This document shows positions 1-13,084 of a stretch of 64,000 bases of DNA, one piece after another (within the stretch, counting starts at the first letter, position 1; each line of letters begins with the position of its first letter). The DNA is from Octopus sinensis (taxonomy: Eukaryota). Location: positions 19,468,001 through 19,532,000 of the forward strand of contig NC_043022.1 in the NCBI RefSeq assembly GCF_006345805.1, given 5' to 3'. The position numbers and the translations under genes were made by a program. The notes beneath the pieces are model-generated. The model was not told the origin of the DNA. It saw only the letters and a program-made list of their open reading frames with translations, and did no database searches.

Positions 1-59
1 AGATAGATAGATGTTGATGATGGATATAAGACTCTTTCCTGTCTACAAAGACGCAAGAA

Positions 60-630
60 TCCTCGCATACACAATATACTTGCTTTGATTCTCACCTCAT
101 GAAAATAATTCCATCAAGATCAAAAGTGTGACAACAGAAATAACAAATGGTTACGTGCAGATCTTTCCGATGGCGTCAGATTGATGCACGCTAAGTTTCC
201 CGCAAATGTGATGTATTTAGGGGACGTGATTATGAGAGGTCATGTTAAAACACACATTTCCACAGGGCCTTACAATTTGAGCTTTTGGGGAATATTGTTG
301 AGCCTTGGAGGGAAGAAGTGCGAAGAGGATAACTATACAAAATCAGAATTTTCTCAAAACATTCAGGTAACTCAATAATGGAGGTCATAAATTATTTCCA
401 ATCATATAACACCAAACATCTGACCTCTAAGAGCCATCAGATTTCAATCCCAAGGGCTTCTTGTCGAATCTTCACAATACCGCAAATTCCATAAAGATCA
501 ACATTGTCCACGAGATACCTGAAATCAATAATGGCAATACAGCCCAAACTCTTCATAGAATCCTTTGCATTGCAACAGCCATTGAAGCTGAAGGTGGATT
601 CATTCAATGATCTTATCGAAAGGATATGCA
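60..630 (+). mobile_element. Degenerate Tc1/mariner-superfamily transposase remnant
   Basis: HAKFPANVMYLG..RGHV resembles the 'KFPASVMVLG..EGHVMPPHFF' segment of maT-like transposases; frameshifted. Confidence 0.5.
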
Positions 631-718
631 CAACCTTTTTCTATTATAACGTTTGATTACTGTAGATTAGAGCTGTTGTATTAAATTACCAAGTATTTCT
701 TGAAATATCTGTTGCATA

Positions 719-754
<36 letters not shown>

Positions 755-1032
755 TTGCATGTAAGTATGTGTTTATATATGTATATATATGTGTGTATAT
801 ATATATATTTATGTATATATACATGTGCATATGTATATATGTGTATATATGTAATATATATATATATGTATATATATATATGTATATATGTATATATATA
901 TATATATAACAATTTAGGAATGGCCTAAACAGGCCATTCGTCCACTAGAAAGAGCAGCAGCCATAACTCCAACCGCCAGTAGTGTAATTCGGAATAAGGT
1001 GAAATGAATTTAAAAACATTTACCCTAATTCA

Positions 1033-1132
1033 TCTTTTATACGATGCATCGTTTCAGTGTCTTTAATGATAGACTAGCTTAATTAAATTAATTAAGCTAG
1101 TCTACCATAGGTCACACTTCATCAGTAAAAGA
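1033..1132 (-). ncRNA. Type I hammerhead ribozyme (family A, copy 1)
   Basis: Stem I UCUUUUA/UAAAAGA, core CUGAUGA, stem II AGUGU/ACACU with long inner hairpin, GAAA, palindromic stem III CGAUGCAUCG, GUA cleavage triplet. Confidence 0.85.
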
Positions 1133-1502
1133 AACCTGGGAGAGACGGATAATACGAGGCGACTGTATCAATGCCTCGAGAAATCTGTCTTAAAATTTTC
1201 AAGACCAACGCATTCGCGCCAAACTTATCGGCAGCAATATAAACTGCCGATTCAATCTCAGAATTAGTCAGAAAATTATCAATTAATCAATTTAGGGTAG
1301 CAAAAAATTCAGTAAAAATTTATATCGCTACCAGCGGCCTAATGGAAAAGAGAAAATAGTCAAAGACTAAATATGTATAAATATAACTTTAGGAATGGCC
1401 TAAACAGGCCATTCGTCCACTAGAAAGAGCAGCCATAACTCCAACCGCCAAGTAGTGTAATTCGGAAATAAGGTGAAAATTTAAAAACATTTACCTAATT
1501 CA

Positions 1503-1603
1503 TCTTTTATACGATGCATCGTTTCAGTGTCTTTAATGATAGACTAGCTTAATTAAATTAAATTAAGCTAGTCTACCATAGGTCACACTTCATCAGTAAA
1601 AGA
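1503..1603 (-). ncRNA. Type I hammerhead ribozyme (family A, copy 2)
   Basis: Same motif, one 470-bp unit further along. Confidence 0.85.
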
Positions 1604-2209
1604 AACCTGGAGAGACGGATATATACGAGGCGACTGTATCAATGCCTCGAGAATATCTGTCTTAATTTTCAAGACCAACGCATTCGCGCCAAACTATCGG
1701 CAGCAATATAAACTGCCGATTCAATCTCAGAATTAGTCAGAAAATTATCAATTAATCAATTAGGGTAGCAAAAATTCAGTAAAAATTTATCGCTACCAGC
1801 GGCCTAATGGAATTAGGTAAATGAATTAGGGTGAATTAGGATGAATTAGGGTAAATGTTTTTAAATTTTCACCTTATTTCCGAATTACACTACTTGGCGG
1901 TTGGAGTTATGGCTGCTCTTTCTAGTGGACGAATGGCCTGTTTAGGCATTCCTAAATTGTTATATTTATACATATTTAGTCTTTGACTATTTTCTCTTTT
2001 CCATTAGGCGCGTGGTAGCGATAAATTTTTACTGAATTTTTTGCTACCCTAAATGATTATTGATAATTTTCTGACTAATTCTGAGATTGAATCGGCAGTT
2101 ATATTTTGCTGCCGATAAGTTTGGCGCGAATGCGTTGGTCTTGAAATTTTAAGACAGATTCTCGAGGCATTGATACAGTCGCCTCGTATATATCCGTCTC
2201 TCCCAGGTT

Positions 2210-2309
2210 TCTTTTACTGATGAAGTGTGACCTATGGTAGACTAGCTTAATTTATTTAATTAAGCTAGTCTATCATTAAAGACACTGAAACGATGCATCG
2301 TATAAAAGA
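2210..2309 (+). ncRNA. Type I hammerhead ribozyme (family A, copy 3)
   Basis: tctttta-CTGATGA-agtgt...acact-GAAA-cgatgcatcg-TA-taaaaga. Predicted cleavage after A2302. Confidence 0.87.
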
Positions 2310-2527
2310 TGAATTAGGGTAAATGTTTTTAAATTTTCACCTATTTCCGAATTACACTACTTGGCGGTTGGAGTTATGGCTGCTCTTCTAGTGGACGAAT
2401 GGCCTGTTTAGGCCATTCTAAATTGTTATATTTATACATATTTAGTCTTTGACTATTTTCTCTTTTCCATTAGTTAGGCCGCGGTAGCGATAATTTTTAC
2501 TGATTTTTTGCTACCCTAAATTGATTA

Positions 2528-2559
<32 letters not shown>

Positions 2560-2584
2560 ATATATATATATTATATATATATTA

Positions 2585-4127
2585 TTGTTGTTGGCATCCT
2601 TTTTGTCTCGGGAGACAATGGAGTGCGCATAAAGTAGTCTAGTCCGGCTTTTACATTTCATGTCCTGATACATTTCCTGCTGTGGCTGTGTAGTCCTATC
2701 CTGGACAAACACTCCCTCTGGCAGGTACCGCAAATGTAGCGAATACTGTTCCTGACTGGTTGTAATGCCATAGTTTCTTGTTGACGTATTTTCTTGTCTT
2801 TCCATTTCTCCTCTCTCTCTCTCTCTGTCACTCCTTTGTATTCCCTCTTTTACGGTACGTCGCCAGTCTCCACGGTTGCCGGCAACTGCCTCCAAACCGC
2901 TGATATTGATGTTGCAGGCCTTCATATACCTTTTGCAAACATCCTTGTAACGTAAGAACGGTCTACCCACAGACCTAGTACCCCTAGTAAGCTATCCGTA
3001 GAGTATGTCCTTGGGGATTCTGCCATCTTTCATACGGCTAACATGCCCAAGCCATCTCATACGTCTTTGTGTGAGGAGTGCAAACATGCTTGGTATTCCT
3101 GCTTGCCTGAGGACATCTTTGTTAATGGTATAATTTTGCCATTTGATGCGGAGGATTTTCCGGAGGCAGCGCAGGTGAAAGATGTTTAGGCGACGCTCTT
3201 GGCGTGTGTATAGCGTCCAAGTCTCACTTCCATACATGCCTGGTAGATCTTCATTTTCGTGGTCTTGGTCAGCTTATTGTTGTCCCAAGCTCGTTTGGAG
3301 AGTTGGGCCATCGCAGCAGCTACCTTGCCAATGCGTATATTGCTCTCAGCGTCAAAGGATAGGTTGTAGGTGACGGTAGAGCCAAGATAGGTAAACTTCT
3401 CCACCTCTTGTAATCTGTGGTCTCCAATATGTATGTTTGGGATGTCCGATGTAACCTGACCCATGATGTTGGTCTTCTTAAGGCTGATAGCTAAGCCAAA
3501 TTCGTTAAACGCTTGCTCAAAACAGTTAATGAGTCTTTGGAGGGCTTCTTCTGTGTGTGATACCAGAGCGGCATCATCAGAAAATAGCATCTCCTTGATC
3601 AGGACGTTTCTGATTTTGGTCTTGGCACGCAGGCGCCAGAGATTGAACAGTTTCCCGTCACTTCTACTGTGCAGAAACACTCCATCATCTGATGTCTGAA
3701 AGGCATGTGAGAGTAAAGCGAGAAGAAGATGCCAAACAATGTAGGAGCAAGGACACAACCTTGCTTTACCCCGTTTTTTTATTTGGAAGGCGGCTGATGT
3801 TGAACCGTTGTGCTGTATGGTGCCTTACATGTCATCATGGAAAGACTTGATGATCCTCAGCAGCTTTGGTGGACATCCGATTTTTTGGAGCAGGATGAAG
3901 AGGCCTGTTCTGCTTACCGAGTCAAAGGCCTTTGTTAGATCAATGAAGGCCATACATAATGGCATTTTCTGCTCTCTGGACTCCTCCTGAAGTTGGCGTA
4001 TGGAGAATATCATATCGATAGTTGATCTGCTTCTTCTAAAGCCACACTGCGATTCCGGATAGATTCGAGAAGCAAATAGTTGTAGCCAGGCCAGGTTAAC
4101 GCGGGCAAAGGTCTTTCCAACAGTGCT
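2585..4127 (-). mobile_element. RTE-clade LINE, 5'-truncated, frameshifted
   Basis: ORF pieces ESQCGFR..AFIDLTKAFDSV, LFSDD, FTYLGS, YGSETW, RWLGHV; (CAA/TAA)n tail at the 3' end. Confidence 0.92.
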
Positions 4128-4189
4128 TATATATATATATATATGTATGTAGGCATGCATATATATATATATATATATTCATACATATT

Positions 4190-5208
4190 CAGGTTGGCCT
4201 AAAAGTCACTGAGGAATTGCAATATTTTAGAATTCTTTCAATTTTTAAAACTTTTTTCTGTTCTTTTCAGGGATTCCATGGACTACGTTCTGAAAATTAG
4301 TTATAGAAATGTATGGCACCGCCCAGCACACCCAAGTGGTGAAACCGTTTTTCTACACAAGGTGCAGTCGGTTCAACAGCTGAAGCCTGAGAATTATGGA
4401 TACAGGCGGTGGGAATCCAGAAATTGGCACGAAATGACCCAACTTTTACACAAATATTGATCATGTCTGATGAAGTTCACTTTCATTTGATTGGGTTCAT
4501 AAACAGTCAAAATTGCCTGGTTGGGGGAATATGAGAATCCAAGTGCAGAACATCAAAGAGAGCTTCATTCCATTAAATGTACAGTTTGGTGTGCAATTAC
4601 AATGGATGAGATAATCGTGCTTTATTTATTTGAGGATGATGATAGGAATACTATCACTGTGACTGGTGAGAGGTACAGTTCCATGATGGAGAACTTTTTG
4701 TCAACGATCATTCAAAATAGGCCGGATATGTGATTCTATGAAGAAAGGCTAAGTGATCATAAAGCAAGAGAAACAATAAGATTGCTGAAACAATGTTTTG
4801 AGAAAGAATCATCCCTAGCTATTCCGATGACAACTGACCATCGGTTTCCCACGACTTGACCAGCAGTGAAATTTTCCTTTGAGGATACTGCAAGGAGTTG
4901 ATTTATGCCAACAGACAAGAAACCCCGAGCAATCGAAGAAGAATATCCCTCGAGAGATCAGGAAACTGGACCCTGAACTACAACTGACATGGAACATTTT
5001 TTGAAAAAAGTACTGGTGTGTGATGCTGAAAATGGAGGACATTAAAAAAGATGTCATACTTCATACGTAATGCAAAGGTGTGAAGAAAAGTGCTAATGCA
5101 AAGTAACCTAAATTGCCTTCTCTATGTTGAACTAAATTTCATACACATGCTAGTTGAAATAAGGGAGTTATTAAATATTGAAACACTCGGTAACGTCTGG
5201 CCAACATG
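4190..5208 (+). mobile_element. Tc1/mariner DNA transposon, degenerate
   Basis: Imperfect TIRs caggttggcc.../...ggccaacatg followed by TA. Transposase remnants MSDEVHFHL and KCTVWCAI..TVTGERY. Confidence 0.8.
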
Positions 5209-5819
5209 TAAATGTATACGTATAAGGTGTGTTCGTCAGGATTATTCAAACTAGCAGGTATGCGTCGTGAATGTTGAAATAGGTGTGTAACTTTTGCATG
5301 CTTTCACTAATAGTTTCATATTTTCACTAGGTTAACCTATAAATGTGTGTGTGTGTTTATAGGCACATATAAAAATGATCTCTAGAATTATAAAAGCTAT
5401 TATGAAGCTATTATAGGAAATTACCTTAGTTGTAGATATAGAGATGTGTTGTGTTGCCTGGAAATTTGGTTCTCATCACGACAGAGCTTTAAATCAGTTA
5501 CAGAAATGAATGCGTCTCAAATTTGCGTCAGAATATATAGCTCTCTCTTTGCATGCCAACTTACCTGTGTTTCTACGAATGAGGATGCGATTTATAAGTA
5601 AGAGAAAGTGAAGGAGGTAGAGGTGGAAAGTTTGTTGTTTGTTTCTTACTATTTTCTTCTTCATGCATTGATTTTGCTTTTAACTAGTAGTGGTCGTTTA
5701 GTTATCGTGGGCGTGTGACTACTATGGCAACACGTATGATATAATTTGATCTAGAAATAGTGTTTTTGCGCAGTATATTTCTATATTCTGTAGACCATAT
5801 ATATATGTATATACATATA

Positions 5820-7105
5820 TATTATATTAAATTAGAGATAAAACCACTATTAGGCAAATCAAACAATGAAAAACATAAGCCAATACATAAAATTAATTAA
5901 GATAAGTATTTATTTATATTTAAGATCTTCAAATTGTAAATTTAATATTGTATAAGTCTTTGGTGTAATAATATTTTCCTTATGTAAATATCGTTGTTTA
6001 TGTAATGATCTAATTATCGTAATTTTCTATATTATTAGATATTAAATTTAAGTTTAATCGTAAGATACTACTTAGCGATAGATTTGTTATTTAATAGCAA
6101 GCATACGAGGTGTATTAAGTTAGGCTTTTCTATATACATGTTTTAATAGTATTAATTGTAGTTTTAAATTTATAATTAAATTAGATAAACTTTGATAAAC
6201 TTATATATGTTTCGACTAAAATTGGTCCAGGCCATGTCTAATTTAATAGCATAACTTAGTTATTTCTTTAAATTGATGTTCGCTAGTTATCCCCATTGAT
6301 AATTATATTTATAGTATTTATTCGATACTATATTACTACGAATTGATTATTTCTATAAGTATTTTACATAAGATTTCCGAAAGTTCGTTTAAGTTTGTTT
6401 ATTTGTATTTTGAAATTAGCTATTTCATCTTTAAATATGAAAAGTTAATTTATTAGGTTTTTATTTTATGTGCATATATATTTATTTATAGAGATTATTT
6501 TAGATCTTAATATTTATATACACTTATATATTTTCATTGATAATTTATATATATTAGTCATTTTTAAATGTTTATGTAATTAGATATAGACTAATACCGA
6601 TATTAGATTATTGGTGGGTTTCCTACATTATAAAATAAAATTAATTTTTAACATTATAGTAGATTTTGATATAATCATAATTGTTAAGTTTTGTTTCTAC
6701 TTTGATAATAGAGTTTATTATAAGTAAAATTATTATATTATTTATATCTTAAAAATATTGTTTAAATATTTCTGATTATATTTTAGATATTTCAATTCAC
6801 CTGAAGATTGACTGTAACCATAACTCGAATTATTACGAATTGTACAGCCATGAAACGATCGTAGTGTTTTACTCTTTATCATTTATCAAACTTATAATAC
6901 TTTTGATATATTTTAAAAATAATATAAATTAATTAATTTTATGTATTGGCTTATGTTTTTCATTGTTTGATTTGCCTAATAGTGGTTTTATCTCTAATTT
7001 AATATAATATAATATAATATAATATATTTATACTATAAAATTGGATTTAATCCTAAATCTGATTTTCCCCTGTAAGTTTGGATTGATTTCCTAATATTTT
7101 ATTAC
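5820..7105 (+). mobile_element. Very AT-rich Penelope-derived element with inverted partial terminal repeat
   Basis: About 80 bp at 5820-5900 is the reverse complement of about 6928-7010. A hammerhead motif lies just upstream of the right-hand copy; flanked by (TA)n. Confidence 0.6.
6798..6866 (+). ncRNA. Hammerhead-like motif, partly degenerate (family C)
   Basis: cac-CTGAAGA-ttgactgta...tacagccat-GAAA-cgatcg-TA-gtg. Core intact; stem I only 3 bp; two mismatches in stem II. Confidence 0.55.
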
Positions 7106-7146
7106 ATACATATATATATATTATATATATATAATATATATATAAT

Positions 7147-7186
<40 letters not shown>

Positions 7187-7255
7187 CTCTTTACGCATAC
7201 TTAGACACGTAAATATCCATACATGCATACATAGATACATACGTATTTATTATTA

Positions 7256-7298
<43 letters not shown>

Positions 7299-7332
7299 TT
7301 CGTTATTATTATTTTTATTATTTTTATTATTT

Positions 7333-7384
<52 letters not shown>

Positions 7385-7409
7385 CATTATTTTCATTATT
7401 ATTATTTTT

Positions 7410-8180
7410 AGGATAGTATCCCGCGCTCTTAACCACTACGCTATATGCCCAGGACAGCTGATGAAGGCTGGAAGTAAACCAGCCAAAACGTTGTGGTAAA
7501 AAACAAACAAGATGAGGACACATATCCGTCCAATGTAAATAATATAAGTAGCGTACAGAATTATTCATCTCTTCATAGAAAATTTGAAATGAAATAAATT
7601 TTTTTTCCTTAATCTTAATCTCGTATTTCTTCACATAGATTGACAAAAATAATCGAAAAAAAGTAAAAAAACTAAAAATTTAGGGTGAGGGAGGGAAGTA
7701 AAAATTTTGAAAACATGGCGTTTTGCAGATTCGGAATGTCCGTCATCGAAAACATATGAATCCACTGAAAAAAAACTCAGAATGATCGTATAGGAGAAGC
7801 TGCAGCCCCCAATATGAGTACAGGCCATAATTTGTGTAAAAGTGAAATAATAATGTATCGCTGAAAAAACCCGGAAGACAAAAGTGAAAGAATAAAAGTG
7901 AAACAATATTGTTATCAAAACTGAAAGAATAATACCGCTTAAAAAAATCACAAGGATCATATAGGAAGGAGAGTGTGCTGCCAAAAGTGTTGGCAAGGGC
8001 CAAAATTTCATTCCCCGAGAATCTTCCATGAGTAATGAAGAACTTTCGTACACACTAATCCAGCGATTTCACTGTGCATAAAGAAAGCACGCACCCACCC
8101 ACCAACATTCAGACAATTTTATCGATATAGATATATATACGTATATATATATACGTATATATGTACATTCATATACATAC

Positions 8181-8245
<65 letters not shown>

Positions 8246-8356
8246 ACATATACTCATAAATATATATATATATAATATGCATCTATGCAAATAATGTATC
8301 AATATATATGTATGTAAATAATGTATATATACATACATACATATATCTATCTATCA

Positions 8357-8405
<49 letters not shown>

Positions 8406-8951
8406 CTATTTTTCGAGGTTGCGATGCAGTTATGGGATATCATGATGTTATGTAGGCACACAGCTAAGAAATCCTTGCATTTCATAGCATACACATTTGC
8501 AAACTAATGATGTTCGTAACATAACCCTTGTTTTTACTATGACATCCATTTGACTTATTGCCGCTCTATATTCACATGACACTTTATTCTGGAACATACA
8601 TATATTGAGTTAACACTAGATCACTAGATTATTAATCTCACAATTCCTACGCAAAATATCAATATATATATATATATATATAGGGAGAATTCACAAAATA
8701 AAACAAAAGATGAAGACAGGTTGTGTAGATGTATTAGTTTAACAGATGTATTAGTTTAACGCTCGGGAAGTGAAAAAGTGTTTAACGTTTCGAGCCTACG
8801 CTCTTCCACAGAAAGAAACAAGGAGAGAAAATAAAAAATATTTCGTGTCTAGCGATCTACACACACATATAGGTATATATATGTGTGTGAGTGTGTATGT
8901 GTATGTATACATATATATATATATGTGCATATTTATATATATATATGTGCG

Positions 8952-9038
<87 letters not shown>

Positions 9039-9397
9039 ATATATATATATGCATATGTATATTTATATGTATATATATATATGTATGTATGTAGACATGC
9101 ATATATATATATTTATACATATTCAGGGTGGCCTGAAAGTCACTGAGTAATTGCAATTTTTTAGAATTCTTTCATTTTCTAAAAAAATTTTCTGTTCTTC
9201 TCGGGGGTTCCATGGACTACGTTCTGAAAATTAGTTATTGAAATGTGTTTGTGTGTATAGGCACATATTAAAATGATCTCTAAAATTATAAAAGGTGTTA
9301 TGAAGCTATTATAGGAAATTACCTTAATTGTAGATATGATATAATTTGCTCTAGAAGTAGTGTTTTTGCGCAGTATATTTCTATATTCTGTAGACCA

Positions 9398-9433
<36 letters not shown>

Positions 9434-9745
9434 CTCTTTACGCATGCGCACATATATATACACACATATATATACATACATACGTGTATACTTATCCATA
9501 CATGCATACATACATACATATATATTATTTTTTTTTTCTTCTTTCAAATTTGCTTCCATTTCTTCCCGAATGTCTTCCCGACTCTAGGGTAAAGAAACTC
9601 ATAGTATACATTGATAGGCCATTAAACTAAACTCAATAGTTCGTTCATTTTTTTTAAAGTTAAATTAAAATACATGGGTAGTAAAAGTTCTCACATCAAC
9701 AATGCTCTTCTCAATGCGTGTGATGTACCAGTTAAGACAATTATT

Positions 9746-9776
<31 letters not shown>

Positions 9777-9806
9777 TTTTCATTATTATTATTATTATTA
9801 TTATTA

Positions 9807-9847
<41 letters not shown>

Positions 9848-10757
9848 TATTTTCATTATTATTATCATTATTATTTTCTTTATTATTATTATTGGTGCCC
9901 CAGCATGGCCGCGGCCATTGGGCTAAAACATTTTTAAGGATTTTAAGGATTATTTATTCAAATCACTTTCTGGAATTGAACTCGTAATTTTGGTGATAGT
10001 ATCCCGCGCTCTTAACCACTACGCTATATGCCCAGCACAGCCGATGAAGGCTGGAAGTAAACCAGCCGAAACGTTGTGGTAAAAAACAAACAAGATGAGG
10101 ACACATATCCGTCCAATGTAAATAATATAAGTAGCGTACAGAATTATTCATCTCTTCATAGAAAATTTGAAATGAAAAAAATTATTTTTCCATAATCTTA
10201 ATCTCGTATTTCTTCACATAGATTGACAAAAATAATCGAAAAAAAAGTAAAAACTAAAAAATTGGAGTGAAGGAGGGAATTAAAAATTTTGAAAACATGG
10301 CGTTTTGCATATTCGGAATGTTCGTCATCGAAAACATATGAATCCACTGAAAAAAAACTCAAAATGATCGTATAGGAGAAGCTGCAGCCCCCAATATGAG
10401 TACAAGCCATAATTTGTGTAAAAGTGAAACAATAATGTATCGCTGAAAAAACCCGGAAGTCAAAAGTGAAAGAATAAAAGTGAAACAATATTGTTATCAA
10501 AAGTGAAAGAATAGTACCGCTTAAAAAAATCACAAGGATCATATAGGAAGGAGAGTGTGCAGCCAAAAGTGTTGGCAAGGGCCAAAATTTCATTCCCCGA
10601 GAATCTTCCCCGAGTAATGAAAACCTTTCATGCCAAGTTTCGTACACACTAATCCAGCGGTTTCACCGTACATAAAGAAAGCACGCACCCACCCACACAC
10701 AGAGAATTTTATTGATATAGATATATACACGTATATATATACGTATATATGTACATT

Positions 10758-10815
<58 letters not shown>

Positions 10816-10934
10816 CATATACTCATAAATATATATATATATGCATCTATGCAAATAACCTATCAATATATATGTATGTAAATGATGCATGTATATACAT
10901 ACATACATACATACATACATATATCTATCTATCA

Positions 10935-10985
<51 letters not shown>

Positions 10986-11465
10986 ATATTTTTCGAGGCT
11001 GCGATGCAGTTATAGGATATTATGATGTTATGTAGGCACACAGCTAAGAAATCCTTGCATTTCATAGCATACACATTTGCAAACTAATGATGTTCGTAAC
11101 ATAACCCTTGTTTTTACTATGACATCCATTTTGCTTATTGCCGCTCTATATTCATATGACACTTTGTTCTCGAACATACATATATTGAGTTAACACTAGA
11201 TCACTAGATTATTAATCTCACAATTCCTATATATATATATATATATAGGGAGAATTCACAAAATAAAACAAAAGATAAAGACAGGTGCTGTAGACAACAA
11301 ACAGATGTATTAGTTTAACGCTCGGGAACTGAAGAAGTGTTTAACCTTTCGAGCCTACGCTCTTCCACAGAAAGAAACAAGGAGAGAAAATAAAAAATAT
11401 TTCGTGGCTAGCGATCTACACACACATATATGTATATATATGTGTGCGAGTGTGTATGTGTATGT

Positions 11466-11502
<37 letters not shown>

Positions 11503-11690
11503 CATATGTATATATATATGTGCATATGTATATATATATATATAGATATATATATATATATGTGCATATGTATATATATATATATATAATATATATATAT
11601 AATATATATATATATATAATATATATATATATGTATGTAGGCATGCATATATATATATATTTATACATATTCAGGAGGGCCTAAAAGTCA
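7410..11690. repeat. Local tandem segmental duplication (about 2.55-kb unit: 7410-9150 similar to 9993-11690)
   Basis: Collinear, near-identical blocks with the same nested repeats and microsatellites; offset about 2580 bp. Confidence 0.85.
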
Positions 11691-12238
11691 CTGAGGAATT
11701 GCAATTTTTTAGAATTCTTTCATTTTTTTAAAAACTTTTTCTGATCTCTTCGAGGATTCCATGGACTACGTTCTGAAAATTAGTTATTGAAATGTGTGTG
11801 TGTGTATAGGCACATATTAAAATGATCTCTAAAATTATAAAAGCTGTTATGAAGCTATTATAGGAAATTACCTTAATTGTAGATATAGAGACGTGTTGTG
11901 TTGCCTGGAAATTTGGTTCTCATCACGACAGAGCTTTAAATCAGTTACAGAAATGAATGCGTCTCAAATTTGCGTCAGAATATATAGCTCTCTCTTTGCA
12001 TGCCAACTTACCTGTGTTTCTACGAATGAGGATATAAGAGAAAGAGAAAGTGAAAGAGGCGGAGGTGGAAAGTTTCTTGTTTGTTTCTTACTATTTTCTT
12101 CTTCATGCATTGATTTTGCTTTTAACTAGTAGTGGTCGTTTAGTTATCGTGAGCGTGTGACTACTATGGCAACACGTATGATATAATTTGATCTAGAAAT
12201 AGTGTTTTTGGGCAGTATATTTCTTTATTCTGTAGACC

Positions 12239-12314
<76 letters not shown>

Positions 12315-12464
12315 TATATACATATATATATACATACATACATGCATACTTAGACACGTAAATATCCATACATGCATACATAGATACATACATATTTATT
12401 ATTATTATTATTATTTTATTATTTTATTATTATTATTATTATTTTATTATTATTATTATTCTAT

Positions 12465-12960
12465 GTTTTAACTTTTGCATTACATTTGCACAAGTTGGCT
12501 CCAAGTCTCCCCCAGAGACCTCAAGAGACAACAAGTTGGAAGTTCGTGTTGGTGTTATGCCTAGGGTGCCATATATTTGGTTTTGTACTTAGTGTTGTAC
12601 TAGTGAATGTCTACAAAAACCATACGAAAATTATGTTTGTTTTAAAACTTGAGATTACATAGAAAGTATTTTACGTAGGATATGAGCAGTTTCCATGAGC
12701 ACAATCTTTTGAATTTCTGCCATTTCGGGGTTTCCTGGTATCTGAGTTAGTTAGTAATCAGCCCCTTTTGCTATCATACCCAGGGTACCCATGACAACAG
12801 CTATTGTTTTAGTCTTCACGTTCCACATTTTGCTGATTTCTATTGCCAGATCTTTATATTTGCTCAGTTTCTGGTAGATCCTGACATATCGATTGGGACA
12901 GTCATATCAATCAGTAGGCATGTTTTTTATCTGAAGTCTTTTACTATGATGTCTGGCCTT
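12465..12960 (-). mobile_element. R4/Dong-like LINE 3' fragment (restriction-like endonuclease)
   Basis: RPDIIVKDF..TCLLIDMTVP..KLSKYKDLAIEISKMW..AHILRKIL; flanked by (ATT)n. Confidence 0.75.
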
Positions 12961-12987
12961 ATTATTATTATTATTAGTAGTAGTAGT

Positions 12988-13053
<66 letters not shown>

Positions 13054-13084
13054 ATTAATATTATTATTATTATCATTATTATTT

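Larger units (their letters stand above)
905..2528. mobile_element. Penelope-type pseudo-LTR / retrozyme array (about 470-bp unit; about 2 copies, then about 1.5 inverted copies)
   Basis: Near-identical direct repeats at 905-1810, then their reverse complement at 1840-2528. One hammerhead per complete unit; flanked by (TA)n. Confidence 0.8.

Noticed and set aside
1811-1855. TTAGGG telomere-like repeats
   Set aside because: Not a tandem hexamer array; derives from reiteration of the element's own sequence.
8778-8815. Hammerhead-like CTGTGGA-A-GAGC..GCTC-GAAACGTT on the minus strand (also about 11340-11372 and 52648-52683)
   Set aside because: Core deviates from CUGANGA and stems I/III are minimal; probably relics, not counted.
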